Positions 36,716 through 44,890 of a stretch of 64,000 nucleotides of DNA are shown piece after piece. The notes beneath the pieces are model-generated. The model was not told the origin of the DNA, ran no database searches, and saw nothing but the letters and a program-made list of their open reading frames with translations. The stretch comes from Nitrosotalea sp. Its GTDB lineage: Bacteria; Chloroflexota; Dormibacteria; Dormibacterales; Dormibacteraceae. Where the stretch lies: assembly GCA_035534295.1 (NCBI GenBank), contig DATLSE010000046.1, positions 6,325 through 70,324 on the forward strand, given 5' to 3'. The position numbers and the translations under genes were made by a program. Position 1 is the first letter of the stretch; each line of letters begins with the position of its first letter.

Positions 36716-36936
36716 AGGGAGGGTTCGATCTGACGCAGGCGGGACAGGTCGATCCGTCCCTCGGCAACCACCAGCCCGTCTCGGAGAACGACCGGAAGCC
36801 TGAGGTCGTACGCCTGAAGCAATTGAGCGTCGCCTTCGACGTCGATGATCTCCGGGGCTATCCCCAACTGATTGAGCGCTGCTAGCGCCTGCTCACAAAG
36901 GTGGCAGCCGCGCCGGGTAAGAAGTTGGACGCCCAC
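36712..36936 (-). CDS. Glutaredoxin-like small thioredoxin-fold protein (DUF836-like)
   Basis: 74 aa with the CxxC site TRRGCHLCEQA and the pattern ...IIDVEGDAQLLQAYDLRLPVV. Confidence 0.7.
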   Translation of the reverse strand: MGVQLLTRRGCHLCEQALAALNQLGIAPEIIDVEGDAQLLQAYDLRLPVVLRDGLVVAEGRIDLSRLRQIEPSL

Positions 36937-36974
36937 GGAAACAAGCGTAATGTGCGGAACCTCAGCCGGTGCGT

Positions 36975-37295
36975 TCAGGCGACGGGAACGCGTAGCTCCT
37001 GGCCCACCTCGAGGGCGGGCCCTTGCAGTCGGTTGGCCGTTTCGATCTCACCTACCTTGTCCTGCAGGTTGGACCCGGGGTAGTGAACGGCGGCGATTCC
37101 CCAGATTGTGTCCCCCGGTCTGACAGTAACCATTTCATAGCTCGCCGGTGCGCTGCCGTGCGCGTCTTGAGCCAGCGCCAGACCCGTACCCAAGATCAGG
37201 GTTGCGCCGAGCACCAGGTTTCGAGTGCGAACCTTCCAACGGGGCCTTGGCCGCCGAAGGCGGAAGCGGGTCTGGTCTGCCATGGCTGCGTACAT
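36975..37295 (-). CDS. YneA/ChiZ-like small TM + LysM protein, divergent from lexA (candidate SOS cell-division inhibitor)
   Basis: ATG 37295 (MYAAMADQ...). It has an Arg-rich N-terminus, the TM helix NLVLGATLILGTGLALA and the LysM domain YEMVTVRPGDTIWGIAAVHY...ANRLQGPALEVGQELRVP. The ORF-track start at 37409 would run through the LexA boxes. Confidence 0.7.
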   Translation of the reverse strand: MYAAMADQTRFRLRRPRPRWKVRTRNLVLGATLILGTGLALAQDAHGSAPASYEMVTVRPGDTIWGIAAVHYPGSNLQDKVGEIETANRLQGPALEVGQELRVPVA

Positions 37296-37314
37296 TTGTT
37301 CGCCATGGTACCAG

Positions 37315-37355
37315 CGAACAGGTGTTTGGGTCAAGAGGTACCGAACAAAGGTTTG
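37315..37355. promoter_or_regulatory. Two near-consensus LexA boxes in the lexA / LysM-gene divergent region
   Basis: CGAACAGGTGTTTG (37315-37328) and CGAACAAAGGTTTG (37342-37355). Both are CGAAC-N4-GTTTG, one mismatch from CGAAC-N4-GTTCG. Confidence 0.55.
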
Positions 37356-37417
37356 CTTTCTGGGCCCCAGCTTGCTAGGATCTAGCCAGCCTCGGCCCCG
37401 CTGAGGCAAAGCCGCTA

Positions 37418-38056
37418 GTGAGGAATGACGCGTTGAACCAATCCCTGAGCGATCGCCAGACTCGGATCCTGGATTACATCGAGTCGGTCACACGGGTGCG
37501 CAACTATCCCCCCAGCGTGCGTGAGATAGGAGAGGCGGTCGGCCTTTCCTCAAGTTCGACCGTCCACAATCACCTCAACCAGCTGGAGCGCCGAGGCCTG
37601 ATTCATCGCGATCCGAGCAAGTCCCGGACCGTGCAGTTGGTCGATCGCGGCGTCCCCTCCCCATCGCCCCGACCCAAGTCGGACGGTACGGTTTCGATTC
37701 CAATACTGGGCAATGTCGCGGCTGGCACCCCGATCCTGGCCGAGCAGAACATCGAGGACTACGTCTCCCTGTCCGCTGGGTTGGCGCAGGAGGGTTGGTT
37801 CGCGCTCAGGGTTCGTGGCGACTCGATGATTAACGCGGGAATCCTCGACGGTGACCTTGTCGTCATCAGACCGCAGCCGGATGCGACCGACGGCACCATC
37901 GTGGTCGCCCTGGTCGACGGTGATGCGACGGTCAAGCGCCTGGACCGTTCCACGGGCCGCGTTCGTCTCCTGGCCGAGAATGCCGATTACGCTCCCATCG
38001 TTCCGGACCAGGTGAGCCTGGTCGGGGCGGTGCGCGCGGTGCTTCGGACCTACTGA
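37418..38056 (+). CDS. lexA: LexA repressor
   Basis: An N-terminal winged HTH (LSDRQTRILDYIESVTRVRNYPPSVREIGEAVGL) and an S24 peptidase domain (VAAGTP cleavage region, GDSM Ser, TVKRL Lys). The start is GTG 37418 or TTG 37433. Confidence 0.92.
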   Translation: MRNDALNQSLSDRQTRILDYIESVTRVRNYPPSVREIGEAVGLSSSSTVHNHLNQLERRGLIHRDPSKSRTVQLVDRGVPSPSPRPKSDGTVSIPILGNVAAGTPILAEQNIEDYVSLSAGLAQEGWFALRVRGDSMINAGILDGDLVVIRPQPDATDGTIVVALVDGDATVKRLDRSTGRVRLLAENADYAPIVPDQVSLVGAVRAVLRTY

Positions 38057-38071
38057 GGAGAGTTCTCTGGC

Positions 38072-38872
38072 CTAGGTCGCCAGGCCGTGCTCACGCAGCG
38101 CTTGGTTGAGGCTCACCTTGAGGTCGGTGCGGGCGTCCCGCCAGCCCACGATGAGTCCGGTGGCCACCTGGTATTCCCCGGCTGGGAAGGTGCGAGGCCG
38201 CGATCCGGGTATGACGATCGCTCGCGGGGGAACGATGCCTCGGTGCTCGACCGCAGTCTGACCGGTGACGTCGATGATCGGGGTGGACGCGGTCAGTACA
38301 ACATTGGCTCCCAGCACCGCTCCGGTGCCCACGATGACCCCCTCGGTGACCACGCACCGCGAGCCGATGAAGGCGTGATCCTCAACGATCACGGGACGCG
38401 CCTGCACCGGCTCGAGCACCCCACCGAGTCCGACGCCGCCCGCGAGGTGCACGCCTTCGCCCACCTGGGCGCAGGAGCCCACGGTGGCCCAGGTGTCGAC
38501 CATGGTTCCCGGCCCGACCCAGGCGCCCACGTTGACGTAGCTCGGCATCATCACCGCTCCGGGGGCGAGAAAGGCGCCGTACCGCGCCACGGCCGGTGGT
38601 ACCACGCGCACGCCGGCCCGTTCGAGGTCGTGCTTCAGGGGGATCTTGTCCCGGTATTCGAACGGCCCGATCTCGATCGTTTCGATGTGACGGAGGCGGA
38701 AATAGAGCAGGATGGCCTGCTTCACCCAGGCATTCACGACCCAACCATTTGATTCCGGCTGGGCGCTGCGCACTCGACCCTCATTGAGCGCGGCCATGGT
38801 CTCCTCGACCGCCTCGGCGTCGATATCGCCAGACTCGAAGGAGGCGCCTACTCGCTCCTCGAGGGAGGTCAC
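38072..38872 (-). CDS. dapD: 2,3,4,5-tetrahydropyridine-2,6-dicarboxylate N-succinyltransferase
   Basis: The N-terminal domain WVVNAWVKQAILLYFRL and hexapeptide repeats are present. GTG 38872 forms GTGA with the upstream stop. The ORF-track start at 38908 is an over-extension. Confidence 0.85.
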   Translation of the reverse strand: MTSLEERVGASFESGDIDAEAVEETMAALNEGRVRSAQPESNGWVVNAWVKQAILLYFRLRHIETIEIGPFEYRDKIPLKHDLERAGVRVVPPAVARYGAFLAPGAVMMPSYVNVGAWVGPGTMVDTWATVGSCAQVGEGVHLAGGVGLGGVLEPVQARPVIVEDHAFIGSRCVVTEGVIVGTGAVLGANVVLTASTPIIDVTGQTAVEHRGIVPPRAIVIPGSRPRTFPAGEYQVATGLIVGWRDARTDLKVSLNQALREHGLAT

Positions 38873-40017
38873 AGCACTCGATCCAGAATGGCGATCGCCG
38901 CCTGGCATTCCTCAAGCGTCGGCACCAGCGCAATGCGTACGAAGCCCTCGCCGCTGTCGCCGAAGTAATTTCCGGGTGCGACCACCACCCCCTCCTCCAG
39001 GAGCGCGCTGGCAAATTCCTGGGCGGTCTGGCCGCCCGGGACCTCACACCACAGATAGAAGGTTGCCTCAGCTCCGGCAACCCGGATCCCCTTGGACTGA
39101 AAAAACTCCAGGAAGAGTTCTCGCTTGGCGGCGTATATGCCCCGCATTCGTTCCACGTGGTTCTCGCGTGACAGCGCTTCGATGGTGGCGTGCTGAATAA
39201 ACTCGGGAACGGCCACCCCCGCGAGTGGACGGTAGAGGGCAAGGCCTCGAATTATTTCGGGGTGGGCGACGATGAAGCCGGAGCGATAACCGGTCATCGA
39301 CGAGCGCTTGCTCTGAGTGTTGAATACGGCCATGTGGGAGCGATCCCCCACCTGCAGCGCTGAAGACGTCGGCGCCCCGAAATAGATCTCGCTGTAGGCC
39401 TCGTCTGAGGCCACGATGAAATCATGCCGGGCTGCCTTGGCGGCGAGCTGCTCATAAAACGACAGCGGTGCCATGGCGGCGGTGGGGTTGTTGGGGTAGT
39501 TGACCCAGAGCAGCGCGACCTCGTCCCAGGTCGCATCCGGGATGGCGGACAGGTCGGGGAGAAAGTGATTCTCCTCCAACAGCGGGAGGCGAAGAACGCG
39601 GCCGCCCGCCATCTCGGCCCCGCGGTCGGGAATCGGATACCCGGGTTCGGTGACGACGACGATGTTCTTGGGACTGTGGGGATCCATGACGATGAAGGCG
39701 AAGCTGTAAACGGCCTCCTTGCTCCCAAACGTGGGCATGACCTCGGTTCGCCAGTCCACTTGCACGCCGTATCGGCGCTCGATCCAGGCCGCTATCGCCT
39801 GCTTGTGCTCGTCCAGCCCGGCTGCCTTGGGGTAGCTCGAGCGCTCGCCCAAGGCATCCACCAGCGCCTGACGGATCCCCGGATCGGTCTCCTCCATGGG
39901 ATCGCCGACCGAGAAGTCGATCAGACGAACACCCCTGGCCAGGGCCCGCTTGCGGGCCTCGTCCAAGACCAGGAAGGGATAGGGGCGAAGCTGCGCTAGG
40001 ACCGGATTCAGACGCAT
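38869..40017 (-). CDS. Class I/II aminotransferase, probable N-succinyldiaminopimelate aminotransferase (by context)
   Basis: ATG 40017 (MRLNPVLAQLRPYPFLVLDEARK). It has the aminotransferase I/II fold with SKRSSMTGYR (PLP Lys). It sits between dapE and dapD. Confidence 0.75.
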   Translation of the reverse strand: MRLNPVLAQLRPYPFLVLDEARKRALARGVRLIDFSVGDPMEETDPGIRQALVDALGERSSYPKAAGLDEHKQAIAAWIERRYGVQVDWRTEVMPTFGSKEAVYSFAFIVMDPHSPKNIVVVTEPGYPIPDRGAEMAGGRVLRLPLLEENHFLPDLSAIPDATWDEVALLWVNYPNNPTAAMAPLSFYEQLAAKAARHDFIVASDEAYSEIYFGAPTSSALQVGDRSHMAVFNTQSKRSSMTGYRSGFIVAHPEIIRGLALYRPLAGVAVPEFIQHATIEALSRENHVERMRGIYAAKRELFLEFFQSKGIRVAGAEATFYLWCEVPGGQTAQEFASALLEEGVVVAPGNYFGDSGEGFVRIALVPTLEECQAAIAILDRVL

Positions 40018-41060
40018 AGAAAGTCCCTTAGGATCGTGAGGCAGGACACCATCGCCTCCACGCTGACGCGTTCGTCTCGACGGTGGGCGAAGTCGGGGTC
40101 GCCGGGACCGAAGTTTACGGCCTCCACCCCGCTGGCGGCGAATTCGGCCGCCGGTGTCCATGCCTGCTTGGGTCGGACCTCGAGTCCCTGCGCGCGCAGA
40201 CGCTGGAGTACCGGATTGGACAGGCTGGCCGGTGCTCCAGGAGCATGGCTCAGGATGCGAAGATCGGCCCCCTCCCCCACTCTCTGGCGCAAGGTCAACT
40301 CGGCCTCGGCGGGCGACCGATTGCCGGCGTAGCGGAAGTTCAGGACGCAGCGCGCGCGGTCGGGAATGACGTTGTTCGCGATGCCGGCGGACATCTCCGT
40401 CACGCTCAGCACCTCGCGGTAGGTGAGCCCGTCGATGACAACGTCGTGGGGCGCCTGGTCCACCACCTGAGCCAGGCCCCTGACCGCCTCAGCGATGGCG
40501 TTCACTCCCAGCCAGGGACGGGCGCTGTGGGCCGCGCGACCGTGAAACGTGAGCTCGGCGTTGATGTTTCCCAGGCAGCCGGCGTGAAGCTGATTCGCGG
40601 TCGGCTCCATCACCAGCGCCAGAGGTACGTGGGTCAGCTCCGGTATCAGACCCAAGAGCGGGGTTAGAACGCTCTCGGCGAAGCTCACCTCCTCCTTGCC
40701 GAAGACCACGAAGACCGGGTTCAGCTTCAGGGTCGGAACTTCGCGGGCCAGGGCTAGCATCACGGCCAGCGAGCCCTTCATGTCCGCTGCTCCCAAGCCG
40801 TGCACCGATCCGTCCTCCACCCTGGGAGGCAGGTTGCCCTGTTCCGGCACCGTGTCAGTGTGCCCAGCCAGGACCACATCCCAGGGACCTGGCCGGCCGA
40901 AGACCAGGGCGTCGGCCTGGCGATGGATGATCTCGACACCGTCCACGGCCTCGACCTGGTCTGCGATCCAGGTCGTGATCGCCTGCTCATGCCCGCTGAC
41001 CGAGGGGATGGCGACCAGCGCCACGGCCAGCTCGGTCAGACGCTCGGCGTCAGAACTCAC
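40008..41060 (-). CDS. dapE: Succinyl-diaminopimelate desuccinylase (M20 peptidase family)
   Basis: HTDTVP and GLGAADMKGSLAVM motifs plus a dimerisation domain. GTG 41060 forms GTGA with the hflX stop. Confidence 0.8.
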   Translation of the reverse strand: MSSDAERLTELAVALVAIPSVSGHEQAITTWIADQVEAVDGVEIIHRQADALVFGRPGPWDVVLAGHTDTVPEQGNLPPRVEDGSVHGLGAADMKGSLAVMLALAREVPTLKLNPVFVVFGKEEVSFAESVLTPLLGLIPELTHVPLALVMEPTANQLHAGCLGNINAELTFHGRAAHSARPWLGVNAIAEAVRGLAQVVDQAPHDVVIDGLTYREVLSVTEMSAGIANNVIPDRARCVLNFRYAGNRSPAEAELTLRQRVGEGADLRILSHAPGAPASLSNPVLQRLRAQGLEVRPKQAWTPAAEFAASGVEAVNFGPGDPDFAHRRDERVSVEAMVSCLTILRDFLCV

Positions 41061-42331
41061 GTGACCAGGTAGCGCCGAAAGCGGTGCACGCTCTCGCGTG
41101 GCGCCCGCGCCCAGGCTCGCGTGCCGCTCTCGGTGAACTCAGTTCGATCGATCCCCCCCACCTCCCGCAACTGGGACAGTATCCGCTCCTGACCGTAGGG
41201 TACGAGGAGTTCCATCTCGGTCATGGGTCTTATCGGAAGCTGGTCAAGGGCCTCGAGGAGGCCCTCCATGCCCGCCCCGGTGGCCGCCGAAACGGTCACC
41301 GTGGGCGACGCTGGGGGAGATAGCGCCTGCACGCTGCGCCGAGCTCCAGAGCTGCCCAGAAGATCGATCTTGTTGAGGACGGTGAGCCGGGGTTTGTCGC
41401 CCGCCCCGAGCTCGCCCAGCACCTCCTCCACGGTACGCAGATGACCTGCGGCGTCGGGGGACGAGGCGTCGACAACCTCGATCACGGCGTCGGCGCTGCC
41501 CACCTCCTCGAGCGTGGCCCGGAAGGCGGCCACCAGGTCCGTGGGCAGGTGTTGGATGAAGCCGACCGTATCGGTGAGCACGATCTCACGTCCGCTGGGC
41601 AACTGCAGCCGGCGCGTGATGGGGTCCAGGGTGGCGAAGAGGAGATTCTCCGCTCGCACCCCGGCGCCGGTCAGGCGATTGAGCAGCGTCGACTTCCCCG
41701 CGTTGGTGTAGCCGACGATGGCGACGGTAGGGATGGGCACGCGTCCCCGGCCGGCTCGCTGCTGGCGGCGTTGCGAACGCACCTGGTCAAGCTCGCGATC
41801 GAGATCGCGCAATCGGCGCCGAATCCGGCGGCGCTCGACCTCAATCTGCTGCTCACCGGGGCCACCTCGGGTGCCGATACCGCCGCCCTGGCGGTGGTAG
41901 TCCCAGGCGCCGATCAGGCGCGGCAGCAGATGGTGGAGTTGCGCCGACTCGACCTGGAGCCGGCCCTCGCGTGTCCTGGCATGCTGCGCGAATATGTCGA
42001 GGATGAGTTCGGTGCGGTCGACCACCCGCAATTTGAGCTCGGCCTCCAGGTTGCGCTGCTGGCGCGGGCTCAAGTCCTCGTTGCAGATGAGGATGTCAAA
42101 ACCGGTCTCGGCCTGGCGCTGGACGAGCTCTTGGACTTTGCCCCGGCCGACGAACAGGCCAGGCTCGATGGCGGAGCGGCGCTGAATCTCCTGACCCACC
42201 ACCTCTGCCCCCGCGGTGCGCGCCAATTCGGCCAGCTCCGCCATCTGGGACGCGATCGCGGCCTCGCTCGCAGCCGGGAGGAGCACACCGATCAGGTAGG
42301 CCCGCTCGCGCCGAGGGCTGGTATCTATCAA
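41057..42331 (-). CDS. hflX: GTPase HflX
   Basis: The HflX N-domain (ERAYLIGV...) is followed by a coiled region and the G-domain VAIVGYTNAGKSTLLNRL...DTVGF...NKID. The proposed TTG 42331 forms TTGA with the miaA stop. The ORF-track start at 42415 overlaps miaA by 88 nt. Confidence 0.9.
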   Translation of the reverse strand: MIDTSPRRERAYLIGVLLPAASEAAIASQMAELAELARTAGAEVVGQEIQRRSAIEPGLFVGRGKVQELVQRQAETGFDILICNEDLSPRQQRNLEAELKLRVVDRTELILDIFAQHARTREGRLQVESAQLHHLLPRLIGAWDYHRQGGGIGTRGGPGEQQIEVERRRIRRRLRDLDRELDQVRSQRRQQRAGRGRVPIPTVAIVGYTNAGKSTLLNRLTGAGVRAENLLFATLDPITRRLQLPSGREIVLTDTVGFIQHLPTDLVAAFRATLEEVGSADAVIEVVDASSPDAAGHLRTVEEVLGELGAGDKPRLTVLNKIDLLGSSGARRSVQALSPPASPTVTVSAATGAGMEGLLEALDQLPIRPMTEMELLVPYGQERILSQLREVGGIDRTEFTESGTRAWARAPRESVHRFRRYLVT

Positions 42332-43206
42332 TTCAGCTGATCTTTGACCAAGCCAAGAATACGCGCGATCGGGGTGCCCGCAGGCAGCCATCGGATTCCC
42401 GCGTCTGCCTGCCACCAGCGCATCTGGCGGCGCGCGTATCGGTGGCTGGCCAGCGCGATGCTGTCAGCGACTTGCTCGAGCTTGAGCCGGCCCTCGAGGT
42501 GGGCCACCGCCTCGCGGTAACCGATCCCGCTCAGAGCCTGCGATCGTGGCCCAACACCGGAGCTGATCAGATCCGCCGTCTCCCGGATCAGGCCCCGGTC
42601 CAGCATCTGCTGGCTCCGCGCCACCAGCACCTGAGCCAGATCGGATGCCGGCTCCAAACCCAGACGCAGCGCCTCCCAAGGTGGTGGGCGGCGCTCCCGC
42701 AGGCGGCTTAAGGGTGCTCCCTTGGCGGTCAGTAGCTCGATCGCGCGGATCATTCGCACCGGATTATCACGGTCGACCTCGGCCCCGGGGTCAAGCTGGT
42801 CCAGACGCGTTCTCAGCTCGTCACGGGGGAGATCGCTCAGGCTCTGGCGCAGGACTGGATCGGGAGGCACCTCGCCCAGGGTCAGACCTTCGCAAAGCGC
42901 CCGAACATAGAGCATCGATCCCCCCTCCACGATGGGCAGGCGGCCCCGCGCCCCGATGTCTTGGATCGCGGGCGCGGCCAGGGCGAGGAAGTCGGCCAGG
43001 TTGAAAGGGAGCCGCGGGTCTGCGACCTCGAGCAGGTGGTGGCGAACCTGGGCCTGGAATTCAATCGACGGCTGGTTGCTCCCAATGCGCAGGCCCCGGT
43101 AGACCTGCCTCGAATCCGCCACCACGATCTCTCCCCCCAGGGCCTGGGCGAGCTCGAAGGCGGTCCGGCTCTTGCCCGACCCGGTGGGTCCGACCAGGAC
43201 TAGGAT
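42328..43206 (-). CDS. miaA: tRNA dimethylallyltransferase
   Basis: ILVLVGPTGSGKSRTAFELAQALGGEIVVADSRQVYRGLRIGSNQPS is the MiaA N-terminus. The P-loop lies upstream of the first canonical start (GTG 43125), and no ATG/GTG/TTG exists in frame back to the stop at 43255-43257. The 5' end is given at ATC 43206 provisionally. Confidence 0.85.
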   Translation of the reverse strand: MLVLVGPTGSGKSRTAFELAQALGGEIVVADSRQVYRGLRIGSNQPSIEFQAQVRHHLLEVADPRLPFNLADFLALAAPAIQDIGARGRLPIVEGGSMLYVRALCEGLTLGEVPPDPVLRQSLSDLPRDELRTRLDQLDPGAEVDRDNPVRMIRAIELLTAKGAPLSRLRERRPPPWEALRLGLEPASDLAQVLVARSQQMLDRGLIRETADLISSGVGPRSQALSGIGYREAVAHLEGRLKLEQVADSIALASHRYARRQMRWWQADAGIRWLPAGTPIARILGLVKDQLN

Positions 43207-43213
43207 CCGCGTT

Positions 43214-44890
43214 CTAGTAGTTCCTGCGAAAGTGCCGTCGGAGTTCGGCCCAGCTCACCAACAGACGCGTGGGTCGTCCGTGAGGGCAGGTCAGGGAAGG
43301 TTCGGTCAGGTCAAGCTCGCGCAGCAGGCGCGCCTGCTCGGCGGGATCCAGCTGATCGCCAAAGCGCACCGCGGAGTGGCAGGCCAACGATGCCGCCGCA
43401 CCCTCCAGACGCTCCCCAGCCGTTCCGCTCCCGGCCAGCACCTGGAGCAGTTCGCGAAGAGCGTCGGGCGCGCGGGCAGCGGGGGTGTCGGCTGGAGCGG
43501 AAGTCAGGCGCAGAGCCTGGGGGCCGAAGTCCTCAAACTCGAATCCCAGATCTCGGAGCTGGCGAAAGTTGTCGTCGGCGGCCGCCCTCATGCCGGCGTC
43601 CAGCTCGACCACCTCGGCAAGAAGAAGTGGCTGGCTGGCGACACCGCCCGCCCGGAGACGGGCAAGCAGGCGGTTGTAGAGGACGCGCTCATGAGCGGCG
43701 TGCTGATCGATCAGGATCAGGCCGTCCGCCGCTTCGGCAACCAGATATCCAGGGCCGACCTGACCCACGGCGCGCGCGGCGGGGGGCTCGTCCGGGTCGG
43801 CCCCGGGCAGTCCGGCTGGGGCCAGGGCTGCCCGCGCGGTCGACTTGGCCCCCCAGGAGCCGCTCACCGTCCCGGCTGCGGTCATGGGGGCCGCCACCGA
43901 CGTATCTCGTTCGGCCAGGACCAGGTTGGGAACCTGGCTGCCCTCCAGGGTGGCTCGAATCGCGCGCTGGAGGGAGGCGAAGATGCCGGACTCATGGTGA
44001 AAGCGCACCTCGCGCTTGGTCGGATGTACGTTCACGTCGACCAGGGAGCCGTCGAGTTCGAGGTTCAGAACTACCACCGGATAGCGTCCCCTTTCCAGCA
44101 GGCCGGCGTAGCACTCCTCGATGGCGTGGAGCAGCGACCGACTGAATATGGGCCTGCGGTTGACAGCGAGCAGGATTCCGTCCCGATTGCCGCGACTCAG
44201 GCTAGGCCCTGAGATGAGGCCCCGCACGCCGTGCGACTCCACCGGCATCAGCTCGACTGCGATCCTCTCCCCGTGAACCGCCAAGGCGGCGTCGCGCGCC
44301 TCTCCCGAGCCCGAGCTGCGCAGCGCGGGGCGGCCGTCGACGAGCAACTCGAATCGAACCCCGGGATAGATCAGAGCGTAGGCCTCGACCTGGCGGCGGC
44401 AGGCCGCGATCTCGGTAGCGTCGGTCTTGAGGAAGCGGAGCCGTGCGGGAGTGTTCTGGAAAAGATCGCGGATTTCGATCACCGTCCCCGGGCTGGGCGG
44501 GGCAACCCCCTGTTCCAGCACCCGACCGTGGCGCAGCCTGATCCGAGCCGGACCGCTGCGGCATTCGACCTCGGCTACCGAAGCGATACTGGCCAGGGCC
44601 TCGCCCCGGAAGCCGAGGCTGGACACGCGTTCCAGATCCTCCAGGCGGCGGATTTTGCTCGTGGCGTGACGTCTGAACGCCAGCTCGAGCTCCTCGGGGG
44701 GGATTCCACTGCCGTCATCAGCGACGCGGATCAGTGTCTTGCCAGCCCCGCGGACCTCAATAACGACGCGTCGTGCCCCAGCGTCGAGGGAGTTCTCCAA
44801 AAGCTCCTTCAGCGCCGCTGCCGGTCGCTCCACCACCTCGCCGGCGGCGATGGCATCGGCAATCTCGGGCGCGAGGACCTGGATGCTCAC
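43214..44890 (-). CDS. mutL: DNA mismatch repair protein MutL
   Basis: The GHKL ATPase N-terminus (IAAGEVVERPAAALKELLENSLDAG) and the C-terminal dimerisation domain are present. GTG 44890 forms GTGA with the mutS stop. Confidence 0.9.
   Translation of the reverse strand: MSIQVLAPEIADAIAAGEVVERPAAALKELLENSLDAGARRVVIEVRGAGKTLIRVADDGSGIPPEELELAFRRHATSKIRRLEDLERVSSLGFRGEALASIASVAEVECRSGPARIRLRHGRVLEQGVAPPSPGTVIEIRDLFQNTPARLRFLKTDATEIAACRRQVEAYALIYPGVRFELLVDGRPALRSSGSGEARDAALAVHGERIAVELMPVESHGVRGLISGPSLSRGNRDGILLAVNRRPIFSRSLLHAIEECYAGLLERGRYPVVVLNLELDGSLVDVNVHPTKREVRFHHESGIFASLQRAIRATLEGSQVPNLVLAERDTSVAAPMTAAGTVSGSWGAKSTARAALAPAGLPGADPDEPPAARAVGQVGPGYLVAEAADGLILIDQHAAHERVLYNRLLARLRAGGVASQPLLLAEVVELDAGMRAAADDNFRQLRDLGFEFEDFGPQALRLTSAPADTPAARAPDALRELLQVLAGSGTAGERLEGAAASLACHSAVRFGDQLDPAEQARLLRELDLTEPSLTCPHGRPTRLLVSWAELRRHFRRNY

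Noticed and set aside
43195-43220. Possible programmed +1 frameshift making a MutL-MiaA fusion, because the miaA frame is +1 to mutL and lacks a start.
   Set aside because: The site (AAC UAC UAG A) has no slippery re-pairing option for the P-site tRNA. MutL has its normal C-terminus. Non-canonical or coupled initiation, or a sequence error, is simpler.
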